A stretch of 64,000 bases of DNA from Ramazzottius varieornatus (Eukaryota > Animalia > Tardigrada). How positions within the stretch are numbered: the first letter of the stretch is position 1; every line of letters begins with the position of its first letter. The DNA is taken from positions 372,001 through 436,000 of the forward strand of contig BDGG01000002.1 in the NCBI GenBank assembly GCA_001949185.1, given 5' to 3'. A program made the position numbers and the translations under genes. A model generated the notes under the pieces. It was not told the origin of the DNA, searched no databases, and was given only the letters and a program-made list of their open reading frames with translations. This document shows, piece by piece, positions 28,692 through 40,952 of the stretch.

Positions 28692-31600
28692 ATGGTGGAC
28701 GATCAAGAAATCCCCGACGACTTCGCCAACGTCTTTGTGCTTAACCTGCCGGACGATGAGGTAGGAGAGCTCTTGTTTTGATCGCATGTGTAGCAGAAGC
28801 TCCAGTGGTCCGATGTCAGGTCATGTTTGATTTCCAGGACAAGATCAAGGAAATTTTCCAGGAAGCCGGAACCATTTCGCAGATGAGGCTACTCCCGAAG
28901 AAGGACGATCAGGAGACTCGTGCCGCGTAAGTCTGCTTCGTTTAGAAAATTTCTCACAGCCTCTGCAGTTTAGAAGACTATACCCTAATTCTCTTTTGCC
29001 CGAAACATTTTCAAGAGTCGTCCGAACTTGCGCGATGCGGAAAGATAAATTTCTGACTTTATCGGCAAGTGCAGATTGCACCAGCCGATGTGCGCTTCCT
29101 GTGCAGTATGGCAGCGCGTCGAAAACGTGTCGTCATTTAGTTGTTTAGGGTCTGTGCGCGTCAGCAACTGCGCCGTGCGCACGTTGATGTTTGTGCGGTT
29201 CGTTGTCATGCACTCAGCTTGCACAGCGTTCAAAACACCTGTTCAATGTGCACGTTTAGATTGCACAGGCGAAAGAAAAGCAAACAGGGTTTTCCTTCCT
29301 TCCTTCCTGTTGCTCCTGCTGGATCCCGGCCTTTCAAGCTTACCTATATTCTTTGTTTCTGTTGTAGAATAATCACTATGTTCTCTCACACCGAAGCCAG
29401 ATCAGCTCTTCAGATCCTGAACCGTAAGAGGATCGAGGGGATTGAACGCCCACTGAAGCTGACTTGGGACCAGCGATCTCTCGTGCGTATCTTCGTTTCT
29501 GTATATGATTATTTGTTGAATCCATCCTTGTTGTGACAAACTGACAATCTCATGATGTCTTTGGGTTACAGGAGAAACGAACTGGTGGTGGTGGCCAGAG
29601 AAGCGGCGGTTTCGGAGGGGGCGCTTTTGGTGGCAGCGGAAGTTTCGGTGGCGGTGGTGGAGCAGGAGGCTTTGGATCGAGGTTCGTTTCCTCTTTGTCT
29701 TACCTTTCCGCTTTTTCCATTCTGTATTTTCACGAATTGACAAGTGTGTCTTGGTTGTAGTGGTGGTGGAGGAGGAAGTTTCGGTGCGTCGACGAACGGC
29801 TTTGGAGGAAGTGGCCGGAAAGTGGAAGCTGCTGTTGGTAAGATTTCCCACAAGTTCTTTTCACGGCTTGTGCTACAAATATCAGTAAGCTTTTCTTTCT
29901 GTGTTATTCAATTAAGAGCCGTTACCTTGTTTTTTCTTGTGGTCTTAGATGGCGAAACTGTGACGATCAACGGTCGAGAGACGCTGCCGATGAAGACCCT
30001 CGTCAATGGTCAAAAAGTTATCGTCGGATACTTCTTCAAAGACATCAGCCGTCCCTTTGCCGCCTCTATCTCCTCCGCAGCAGCGACCGAGAACAGCAGT
30101 AAGTCTTTTCCTCAATTGAAAAGTTGCCACAGCTCGGCTTCACTCATTCAGTGTTGGTTTGGGAGAAAAATTTATGATCAACTGCTTGGTATGTTGTAGT
30201 CAGTCGATATGCTGCTGCTGCCACGCAGAACGGCTTCCGAAAGGTTGCCGGTGGTTTCGAGGCGTCAACTTCCCAGAAGGATGCCGAAGAGAAGAAAGCA
30301 GAGGAGAAGAATCTAGAAGAGAAGAAGCTTCTCATCGATGACGGCAACGACATTCTACCGGGTAAATCTCTAATCTTCTTCTGCCGGTTTTAATTCGAGT
30401 AAGCTTAATGACTTTTGACTACCGATTTGGCAATCGACATTTTATTCCGCGATGTGTCTCTTTTAGACTCGAACTATCAAGTTGCGGCCACCTACTTTTC
30501 CGGCCGGAAGCGGACGATCGATGCGCAGGTATCAGCGCGAGACAAGGCTGTTGAGAGTGTTCGCGAACCTTCCACTCCACGAGCGCGCATCACCGGACCG
30601 ACGGAAGACGCGGCCATTGCCGCTGCCAAAGCTGTAGCAGCAGCCACTTCCGCCGAAGTTGCTGCTATTCCTACACGGCGTAAGCCTTGCAAGTTCCCGA
30701 ATTTCTTTGAACATGCGGACGATAACGGTGTCGCTTTGTCGTGTTGCGGTGCACATCCTAATGAAGTTTCCGTTCTGTTTGTAACAGCGGTCAAGAGTGA
30801 GGCTGCTGTCGCCGCTTTACCAGCAGTGCATACGGAGACGGTGAACGGAACAGGTCGCGGTATCCGAAGTATGCGTCGTAGAGCTGCCCTCATTACCTCA
30901 GTTGCTGCCTCGACCGAGAAGGATAAAACCACCATTCAAGCAGTCATGGCGCTTCCGGACGGAAGGTAAAGCTTCCTCGTTATTGCAGGGCAGTAATTTA
31001 GTAGAGAACAGCGTTTTCCTTTGCCAGCAGCCACTGTCTGTTGCTCCTTCGATGATGAGTTCTATATTTGCGGAGTGTTAAGGGGTGTTTCCTGTGTCTT
31101 GTAGGCTTGTGGATCCCGGGACCAACGCGCCAGTCCGAGTGGGCGACACCATCTCGGTGGCCATCAAGTACCTGATGGGTGACTGTTCCATCACCGTCTG
31201 GGCAGCTGCTGTCGACGAGAAGGACGCCACCAGAAGCTTCCCCTCTGCCGCTGTGGCAGCCAAGATGTCGGCCGACCTGAAGGCCTTTTACGACGGAGTC
31301 AGCGAGAAGATTGGGTGAGTGTGCCAGTCAGACTCGGTACTTCCGCTTACGTTAGCTCCGATTCAGGGCCGTGCCGCATTGAAATCGAATGACTAATGAA
31401 GCCGTGCCCAGTATGAGACTTACTTGTATTCCTGGAGCTGTTTCGTCACTGCATGTTCTTGTTTTTCTCCGCAGTGCCCCGGTGGGTGGTCAGCCTCTGG
31501 CGGTCCATCAGAAGGGTGTGTGGTATCGAGGCAAGTTTTTGGGGATGGAAGGTGGCCAGTTGTCCATCTACTTTGTGGACATTGGGGAAGTGTACCCGGT

Positions 31601-33980
31601 GGACATCAGCGAAGTGCGCGCCCTCGACCAGCGCTTCGGTGCGGTGCCTTGTGCCTCGGTCATCGCCAAGATGTACGGCACACCCAGCAGTCTGACGGCC
31701 GAACAGAAGGTGGCCATCGAGGCCTGGGTGCAGGGTGGCTACAAAGTGGACGATGACATCGTGGTCGATGTGATGGCAATAGAGCCGACGGTCCAACTGC
31801 GAGTCGTCCTGCAAGAGACCACCTTGCCCCTCCTGCTCAAGAAGAAGGAGCTGGAGGAGCAGAAGAAGGACGTCCGAGCGGGAATGGTCCTCTTGGCCGA
31901 CACTGGCGCAGTTGCCATCTTCGTCCTTGACAACAAGAAGGCACAGGCTCTGGCTGTAAGTACTGGTGCTTTATTGCTCGTTCAGAGGAAAGTTTGGGAA
32001 AGACCACAGCATGACTTGTCTTGTGCAGGAGTTGCAGCAGCAGGTGCAGGTTTTGGCTGACAAGGCGGCCATGCCTTCCTCCATCCCCGACGAGGACAGC
32101 AGCTTTGCCGTCTGGTTCGAGGCCGACCAGACCTTCTATCGGGCTGTCGTCTTCCAGAACGAGGAGCAGAAGGGAACGGAGCAGTACAGCGCCGATCTGA
32201 TCGACTATGGCAACCTGCTGGTGGTCACCAAGGAGCAGCTGAGAGTTCTGCCACCAGACAAGTTCCTCAAGACAGACTACACCGACGTTATCAGAATCGA
32301 CGGCGTCAGCGACGACCATCTTCATGACAAGGACGTAACGGTAAGCACGTTTTTCCATCTGAAAAACACAAAAGACAACAGCCTTGCCGAAGGACTTTGC
32401 ATGAATATACTTTGAAGTTTCACCTGGAAGCACGACCGGCAAACTCGATCACATTATTCTTGCCGGTGGCGCACCCCAGTAACCGGTAAGACTGATATTG
32501 TGCGCCACTGGGGAAAACTCTTGTCGAGTTCGTTTTTCCAAGTGGCACACGTTACCAGCTCTTATTATCGGTAGCGTGCGCCACTTGATAAGTCTGTCTT
32601 TGCGAGTTTACTTGCCGACTACGCCGTTGTCTTTGATATTGGATGGGTGGTCAAGATGGAATGTGTCTGGTTACAGGAAGCTCTGGTGGCGTTGCAGAAC
32701 CAGCCATGCCTGTACGAGATTGTGGCCCAACCTGCAAAAGAGGTTACTCGGGCCAACCTGTGGGACCAAGATGGCGTCCAACAACCCAAAGGCTTGCTCG
32801 AGGCCCAAAAGGAGCCTGCACAGGCCGGTGCCACGACGGCAGCCAAGGCCGCCAAGTCGTACAAGCACATGCTGACGGACCTGAAGGACAAGACTGAGAT
32901 CAAGGAAGGTGCGGTGTTGGACGTGCACACCACCATGGTCACGGACCCCGAACTGCTGTTTCTCTCTCTGGGCAGCGTCCCTTCCTTCGGTAGGTGTCAC
33001 TCTTTGCGATGCTGGAATTCTTCTTTGCCGGTTTATACGTTTTTTACTGTGATTTTAGATGTGCGATTTCAAACCTTGTCGGAAAGCCTGGACGCCGAGT
33101 GCCCGACATTGCCTCCTCTGCAGAAGATTCCTCCTCAGGGAGCTGTCGTGGCGGCGCTCTTCAGTGAAGGTAAGCAGTTGCTGTTTTCGGGAAATATGTC
33201 CGCCTGCAGACTGAGAGTACTGGCACGATGACGTGGATGGAGTTTGAATGGTTGTTGGTTTCCAGACAAGCAGTGGTATCGTGCTATCATCATGGACGTG
33301 ACGAACGAGAAGAAGGCCAACGTGCTGTACCTGGACTACGGCAATTCGGAGGACGTGGCGCTGCAGAATATGCGCGAGATGAAAGACGAGTGGATGGCGG
33401 TACCTCGCATGATCTTCCAGGCCATCCTTGGTGGTAAGTTCTGCCTCCGTCTCGCTCGAACTGAAATCGGGAGATCGTGTCAACAGAAAAGTTTGAGCTT
33501 TAGTAACAAGTTCGACATGATCGGTTTTTCGGGGTGGCGCACGCTTCCAGCCAGCCACGCTGTAAACGTACCTCACTTGGAGAAACAGCAAAGTGGACAA
33601 ACGGTTCGTCAAGTGGCGCACACTTACAGTGTGATTAGCCGAAAGTACGCCCCCTTGGGAAAACAGTTTTGTCGAGCTCCTTTGCTCATGTAAGTGTAGA
33701 TGTGAACATGGAGATCCCCACTTGAGTTCAGAACGTAATTTTTCTTCGTTGGTTAGGTTTGAAGCCGTTGAGCTCGGATGGAGAGGCTTACAGTGATGCG
33801 TCGATCGTGTCGGCGGCGGAGATGCTACGGAACAAGGCGGCAAAGTTTACGGTGCAGAAGGTGCTGGAAGACTCGTTTGGTGGCTCCCTGCGGTTGGTGG
33901 GTGAGACAAAGACAGTCAGCGAAATGATGGTCGAGCGTAACATTGCGCGATTCAGCAAGAAGCGCAGCGGATCAGAGTGA
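28692..33980 (+). CDS. RRM + Gly/FGG-rich region + at least three extended Tudor domains (germ-granule Tudor protein-like)
   Basis: RRM NVFVLNLPDDE/DKIKEIFQEAGTI/SHTEARSALQILNRKRIEG..RPLKLTW. GGFGGGAFGGSGSFGGGGGAGGFGS region (~29570-29830). Tudor motifs WYRGKFL..IYFVDIGE, FYRAVV..DLIDYGN and WYRAIIM..VLYLDYGNSE. Confidence 0.85.
32463..32587. repeat. Palindromic intronic array, 2 units
   Basis: Arms at 32463-32474/32500-32511 and 32539-32550/32576-32587; both spacers 25 nt. Confidence 0.88.
33531..33657. repeat. Palindromic intronic array, 2 units
   Basis: Arms at 33531-33542/33568-33579 (25 nt) and 33610-33621/~33646-33657 (~24 nt). Confidence 0.75.
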
Positions 33981-34716
33981 AGCACTCGAACGGTGTCACA
34001 ACGATGTGTTTTTGGTTTCTCTTGAGCTACAAGCTCTCCCACTTTTGTTATCATTCCTCTCTCCAAAGACATTCCTCAAACCATGAAAAGCCTGTTTACT
34101 GTGTACTTGTTTCAGCTTAGATCTTTTATGGTTTGTACTTGTTGTTGTCATCGCCTACTGTGGTCTCTCTGGTGGCGGATATGACGCCAGTGTCCTTTTT
34201 GTCTTAGCTTCTTGTGCCGGCTTTGTGCCTTACGAGCTTCCCGATTAAAATTACAAGCTGTGAGCATGACTTGTTCGACATTGCCCTGTTCGATTGGTGA
34301 CGAGAGCAAGACCTTGATGAGAGTGCGCTAGTCTTTCGCGCACCTGCATACCGTCAGTAGTGAATGCTGAGAGACAGGGCAAGTACGCAGGTCTGTGCAA
34401 AGCAAGCAAATGTGTTCGAGGAGTTCCGGCAGTAGTATTCTCGCTGCCTTCGGATTATGTCTGATCGCAGCAACCCTTCAAACATTGTACTGCGCGTTGG
34501 TAAGTTCTCACTGTTCGAAACACCTCAAATAGAACAAAAGCATCACAGGGTGGTCAACAGCTTAACCGTGTGTAATTTCTATGCTAATTCTCTCGGTTCA
34601 ACAGAAAGGACTACAGTAATCAGAATAAATGCACAGCAAACTTTTGACGAAGAGCCGAGAAATTACCCCGACAACTTATCTCGCCGAAGTCAGCGCAGGA
34701 AGCCTTAAAGTCCGTA

Positions 34717-35216
34717 TTATCTTTCTGCTGTCCGCGCGTGAGCCATCTGAGCTTGAGCTGCTTCGTCCACCTGCGCCAGTCTGGCGGATAAACTCATTTC
34801 CGGCTCGGCCTCAACGTCCACACCGCTCTTCCTCGCTAACTCGGCCTGCACAGCAAGCTCTTCTTTCTCAGCTTCTATCTTTCTCAGCTTCTCCGCTGCA
34901 TCGATATGACGCAACTTTGGTGAGATGGTGAAATCGCCAGGTTGAAAGTGAATGCCAAAGATGGAGTCTGACTTGGTCCATCGTTCTATCTTCTTGGACA
35001 TCCTCGGAGTCTGCGCGTACAGCCTAAAACAGACCCGGAGATATACCATAGCGCTATGACAAACTTGGTTGAAGAGTCTCACCAGAAAAGGTAGCCACAG
35101 CCCACGGTGTAGGCAACTCCGAGGAGAGCGTAATAGTTGCGAACAGAGTAAGCTTTGGTCCCGTAGACACCTTTGATGCGCTGCGCTTTCTCCCGGTACG
35201 GATCGGCGAAAACCAT
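34717..35216 (-). CDS. Small single-pass membrane protein of unknown function, 2 exons
   Basis: Exon 1 MVFADPYREKAQRIKGVYGTKAYSVRNYYALLGVAYTVGCGYLFW (gtgag donor ~35082) joins LYAQTPRMSKKIERW...; C-terminus is coiled-coil-like. Confidence 0.6.
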
Positions 35217-35663
35217 ATCCGCAACCGTCGGTGGACCGTACGTGCAAAACAAAATCACTTCCGCGAAGATGCTACTGGGTATTCACAGCTCGGGCGGAAC
35301 GTCCTCCGCGGTCCGGGGAGAAACTTTTAGGAAGTTGGAAACGCGATCTGCCAGAGTGTCGTCTATCCCAGCTTTACTCAATCAAATCAAGGTGTTGATT
35401 GATTGTTCCCCCGTCGGCCCACGAAGGGTTACAAGTACAGTAGTCTGTGAATGTCGACTTACGCCGTGGCGGGCGGTAGTGTCACTAGTGTGGTGCGGAA
35501 AGCACGTGCTAATTGTTTGATTTATGACTGAAGCTTCTCCGACTGAGTGGACTGATGAGTTTGTTTGTTTTGGTTTTTTTGCCCGAGTTTTGGGAAATCG
35601 CCGCTGTCCTCCCTGTATCTTTTACCTTGCCTGGGCCGTGGATGGGTCTTACTGGGAAGCTTG

Positions 35664-36504
35664 ATGAATGCCATAAAGTTTTCAACGCGAAGCCGCGTCC
35701 TGAACTTGTACCGGTAAGTCGTACGAGTTACCTTGTCGAAGAGAGATGGTTCCGATTACGTGATTCTCATCAGATGTGCATATCAAAATTTGTGCCATAG
35801 TACTGTATTATGTTTCTGCAGGAGAATATTACGTGTAGCAAAATCCTGGGAGGCAGCAAGTCACCAAGTCAAGGATACAGGCGAAGAGCGTCAGTACATC
35901 AAGACGGAAGCACGGCATCTGTTTCGAAAGAATTCTCAGGTGAGAGTGGACGGTGGGAACTTCTGCCCAACTGGTGTAGTTCAAAATAACGACGCATACA
36001 GTTCCAGATAACATCGCCGACGGAAGTTGAAGCATCCATTTTGGAAGGCGAAGCAAGGATGGAGATGGGTAACTGATAAAATGAATACTGGGTCCTGCCG
36101 ATGAACGTGACAAGATTGTTCCCCAAGCGACGCATTTCGTCAGTATCACTGGCTGGGAGCTTACGCCATCTACAAAACGATCCTGTCGAGATTTCAAGTG
36201 GCGCACGTCTCCAGTCCTGTTGGCTGTAAGCGTGCGCCACTTGGTAAGTCGATGGTGTCGAGGTTGTTTGTCTGTGCAGCGGGTCCCATTACCCGTCGTG
36301 CAAATTCGAATAACAGAATTTACCGGAATGGTGACGTCACAAATTCTTGCAGGACTGCATTATAGGAATCCTTATCCTCGGATTTCAAACATGCCCCCGT
36401 TCTCCATGACCAAGGGCAAAGGAAGGGAACAGTCGGAGATGACACGAAAGCGAACCCTGCCATTGTATCTTCGCTCCTACGAGAACGATAGCGGTCCAAA
36501 ATGA
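35664..36504 (+). CDS. LYRM1: LYR motif-containing protein 1, 4 exons
   Basis: RVLNLYR/RILRVAKSW...EERQYIKTEARHLFRKN/...EGEARMEMG/LHYRNPYPR. Confidence 0.9.
36124..36243. repeat. Palindromic intronic array, 2 units (second unit perfect)
   Basis: CAAGTGGCGCAC 36195-36206 + 25 nt + GTGCGCCACTTG 36232-36243; degenerate unit at 36124-36172, also with a 25-nt spacer. Confidence 0.88.
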
Positions 36505-37246
36505 CGGTCATGTCCGCTCAGAGCTCTTTCATTGATGAGTTTGTGTTCATTGTTCTGCGCTTTCTCTGAGTGATACCGTTGTGGTGGCGCTTAATTATAC
36601 AGTGACGTGATATTCGTTTTTTGTTTTAGAGTTTGCCAAGTGAGACTCTGTGATCTGTGGTTCTTGGAAGAGTACATTACTGAGTGTACTGCACACGGAC
36701 TTGAAAGAAAGTTGCGGTCTGTAGTAACGTGTTTCTCCGCCGTATGAAGTCAAGAGGAAAACTGTCGGCGCAAACTTTCGGTTCGAGTACATTCGGATAT
36801 TTTTGATGCAAAGCTATCACGATTCACGAGAGTCTTAGAGGCAATGCTCGAGGGCATGGAAAGAAGACAGAACAGATCCGGCCTGGCTAGTTGAGGCGGA
36901 GTGGGCAGGTAAAGAAGTCACGGCAACTCTTGAAATAGCCTGCGCGGGCCTAATGTTCTCATCTTCCTTCGCCGAAATGGCTGACAGATGCAAGTGGTCG
37001 CCCAGACTGGAGCAAGAAGGCAGAGTGACCGATGGTGGTGAGTTGTCATTGCTTCTCGTTGTGGTTCAGCTTCATGGCCTTCCGTTCGCATGAGAGCTGA
37101 CTTACCCTTTGTGCCCTCCCATATTCAAACACAAATTTAGTGTATGAACACCATCTATCCTGGAGATTTTCTTCTACTGCTTTTCTTCGGCTTTTCTTAG
37201 GCTCTCCTTCAAACTTGTTTGACCGATCCTGCTGTAAGAGGTAACA

Positions 37247-38323
37247 ATGGCGACTGCAGCCGGAAACGTGTCGATGATCCGCCACAACTACCACCAAGAT
37301 AGCGAGGTACGCAGGTGCTTCCTCCAGCTGGCTTCACTCTGACATTCCTTCCAAACTTGTCTATGAGATATTCAAAGCTAAGCTTGAGTGGGCTGATTCT
37401 TCCTTGGTTCTTTGCAGGCCGCCATCAACCGTCAGGTCAACCTGACCTTGTATGTCTACATGTCTACCTGACCTACATGTCCATGGTGAGCTGACCCAGC
37501 CTTAGCTCTTCCTGCCAATGCTTTTATCTGCTTCCTAAATTCACAGGCTGGACACTTTGATCGGGACGACCTGGCATCGGCAAGTTCTTCAAGAAGCAGG
37601 GATGCGACAAGACGGACTTTGCTCACAGGTTCACGTGTAGTCTAAGTGCAGATGGCGCCAGTGGCAACTCACAAATTAACAATAATAATTATGCACATTT
37701 TCCTGTCAAAAATTATGCAGATTTATTTTTGACTTTTGATATTTTTCGTGTTGCATTTGCCGTCAGGGTCTTTCAGTAGTAGCTGCTGAGAGGACGATTT
37801 ACTGGAGATGATTTGAAACAGATAGTTTTCCCTTCTCGTCTTTAGGCTGATGGGATACCAAAATTTGCGCGGTGGTCGCATTGTCTTGGCTGATGTCAAG
37901 GTGGGTGATTCAAGACAAGACTCGGTCCAACCTGACGAAAAAAACTTTCCCATGATGGGAATACCCTCTGGAGATGGAGAAGAAGTTTAACGCGGCCTTG
38001 TTGGAGCTGACCAAGCTGGCCACCAAGCACATGACGCCCAGGTTAGACCCTTGATCGATCGAAATTTCCATCATACGGTATTAAGTGCTGAATGTTGCAA
38101 TGACAGTTTAGCGCCGGATTTCTTCTTCTAGTTGGAAGATTTCTTAAAGTCCAACGTGCTGAAGGAGCAAGTGGAGCTGATCAACAAGCTGGGCCAGTAC
38201 ATCACCGTCTTGCAGCGCGTGGGACGCGGCTTGGGAGAACAAGAGTTCGATCGGCAGCTTCTCCAGCAGAAGTGTCTTGCAGGACTTTCAGGAGCGCTAA
38301 GCGGTAGCATACCCAAGTATTAA
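37247..38323 (+). pseudogene. Ferritin, intron-containing, several frameshifts
   Basis: SMIRHNYHQDSE/AAINRQVNL..; HFDRDD..PGIGKFFKKQ; LMGYQNLRGGRIVLADVK; LEMEKKFNAALLEL; EQVELINKLGQYITVLQRVGRGLGEQEFDR. Frame breaks at ~37455-37475, ~37570 and ~38030. Confidence 0.85.
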
Positions 38324-38992
38324 TACTTGTTGGCTCAGTGTTCGTGACCAGTCGCGTTCCCTATTCGCTCAAAAAAGTACTCAAACCGCTTCCGTCATTC
38401 ATACGGTAACTTCAGATATTCGTACTTTTATCTATATCGTTATGGACTGCTTGGTTCTCTTGACGGTTTAGTGTTCCCAGGTCTGCATACCCAGACTGTA
38501 CAGTGATAGTCAACAAATTACTAACCGACAAAATGCCGGATAGAGCGCCCAGGAGAGATTTAACTGTAAAGCAGGAAGATTGCAGAGCTGTTATCGCACA
38601 GTTTTACTTTACATCCGACATTAAACTAGCCAGTGAGCAACATTATAACCTTCCACTGGGCCTAGCAAGTTTGCCACAAGCCAAACTTTGGAGGTCTCGG
38701 CCGACATTAACGTGTAAAACTGCGCCTGTCTAAACGGAAGATTAGCTTGTTCGTCTATTGCATCAGCACTATAGTACAAATTTCGCCGTGGAAGTGACGT
38801 TGCTTTAGCAGATTTCCAGCGGAAATAATCATAGAAATATGGAACAGCAACGTCAAATTCGATGGAATGTGTTCGATGTTGACGTTCCACATTTCTACAG
38901 TTATTTCCGCTGGCAATTGGTTAAAGTGACGTTATTGCCGGGCGGAATTTGTACTTGAAGCAGCGCATTCAGCTGCCGGTGTGAGGACGACG

Positions 38993-40891
38993 ATGGGGCC
39001 TGGGGAAGGAAGTGGCGGTGGCCGATGTACATGGCCGCTGCTCTTGGCCGTTTTCACCGTCTCTTTCGGCTTGTGGTTCGCCGACGGATACGTCTCGGTG
39101 GTGATGAATGGTCCGCAAAGTCTCATCGTCAGATGGATCCGCACTGTCCACTGTGCCAAATACACCTTGAAGAACTCGACGCTTCTCAACAACGCTTCCC
39201 TGCAGGATGGCGAAATTTACCTGTGGTGCCGACACATTGCCCCCGAAGATGAGCCAACTATGCTGTCAGGTACAAGAGCTGCCATATTTTTTTTCTTCTG
39301 GCTGACCAACCTTGATGTTGCGTCGCCCGTGTGCCTGCAGAAAATCTTCAGCTCAACACTTTATGGGCACTGTGTAGCTCCATCAACAACGTCGGCTGGC
39401 TACTGTCCATCTTTGTCACGATGCCCCTGCTGCGAGCTTTCGGCCTGAAAGGGGCGCTGCTGGTCGACGGAGGACTGTACATTGCCTTCAACCTGGTCTT
39501 TGCCCTGGCCACTTTCCTCCACTCCTACGAGATGTTCGTCATTGGCAAGCTGCTGTTGGGCTTCACTGGTGGCACCTGCATGGTCCTGGTTCCCACCTAC
39601 GTTTCGGAGATTACGCCGGTGAAACTGCGAGGGAATCTGGGCACCATCCCCATGGTCTTCATGGTCCTGGGCATGATTTGCGCCACTGCCCTGGGTAAGA
39701 GGCACTGTCCAGCCTAATCTTCTCAATTTTAAAGGAAGGCTTTGCTATAGGGTTTCCGCAAGCTTTGGGCAACGAGGATGGTTGGCGGTACCTGATGGGT
39801 CTGTCGGTCTTGCCGCCTGCCCTTATGCTCCTTGTTTTGCCCTTCTGCCCCGACAGTCCGCGGCGGCTGTACATCGAGAAGAAAGAGAGGGAAGGAGCCA
39901 GGAAGGCTCTACTGTGGCTGCGGAGAAGCGACAATGTCCAGCAAGAGCTGGCCTCGATGCAGATAGAACTGGAAAGACAGACCCACCATCAGCAGCTTAC
40001 CATCTTTGGCATATTCCGCCATCGGCGTTTACGCTCGACAATAGGCTTATGTCTCGTCGTTATGGTCGCCCGCCAGTTTTCCGGATATGCCGTTATCTGT
40101 AACTACTCCACGGCCATCTTTGAAGGTACATACATGGCATCTTGTAGGTAGACCAAGACGATGTACACTGTTGGGTGGAAAGTGCAAGTGGGCAAAGACA
40201 CTGGACGTGCTGATCTTTTCAAGCGGCGCACCCTTCCAGCTGATACAATGGAAAATGTGCGCCACTTGGGGGAAAAGAAGGTGTCGAGGTTGTTGGCCGA
40301 GCTGCCATTTTGTGTACAGCTGGCTTATGTTATTTTACAGAGGTGGGGTTGCAACGTCAAGGAGCTTTGCTGGCGACCTTGGGTCTGTGGTGTGTCTCTC
40401 TGGTCGGAACGCTGTCTTCCCTTATCTTGGTGGATCGAGCCGGACGAAAGAGGCTGCTGTTGATCGGCCAAGCTGGTCTCATCGTCTCGCACGCGCTCTT
40501 TGTGGCTTTGGCTGCGCTGAAGAAGGAAGGCCACGGCTGGACAGAGTACGGAAGTGTGGCCTGCTTGTTGGCCGTCCTGGTCTTTTATCAGACAGGCTTG
40601 TCCATGATTGCCTACATTCTGCCCGCCGAGCTCTTCACCCAGGAAGCCAGGTCCGCCGCTATGTCGCTGGCCACAGGTTGTGCCGCAGCCTGCGCCATCA
40701 CCACCACCTTCCTCTTCCCCGTCCTCCAAAGCCTACTGCAAGAATACACCTATTTGATCTTTGTGGCCGTCTTGATAGCAACCTTTTCCTTTCTTGCCTT
40801 AAAGTTGCCGGAAACTAAAGGCAAGACTACAAACGAGATTCAAGATATGCTGGACGCAAAATGGGTCGACGTCAAACTGAATAAAAAGTAG
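38993..40891 (+). CDS. Facilitated glucose transporter (SLC2A/GLUT, MFS sugar porter)
   Basis: GYVSVVMNGPQ; VPTYVSEITPVKLRGNLG; LPFCPDSPRRLYI; ARQFSGY; LVDRAGRKRLLL; ELFTQEARSAA; LPETKGKT. Confidence 0.93.
40220..40268. repeat. Palindromic intronic unit
   Basis: CAAGCGGCGCAC 40220-40231 + 25 nt + GTGCGCCACTTG 40257-40268; GLUT intron. Confidence 0.85.
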
Positions 40892-40952
40892 ATCTGACTC
40901 TCATCACCAGACTCTTCTGGAAAGCCATTGGCATTGAACTTGAAGGGGACGG

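Noticed and set aside
36900-37247. Iron-responsive element upstream of ferritin
   Set aside because: No CAGTGN-loop hairpin with a bulged C was seen.
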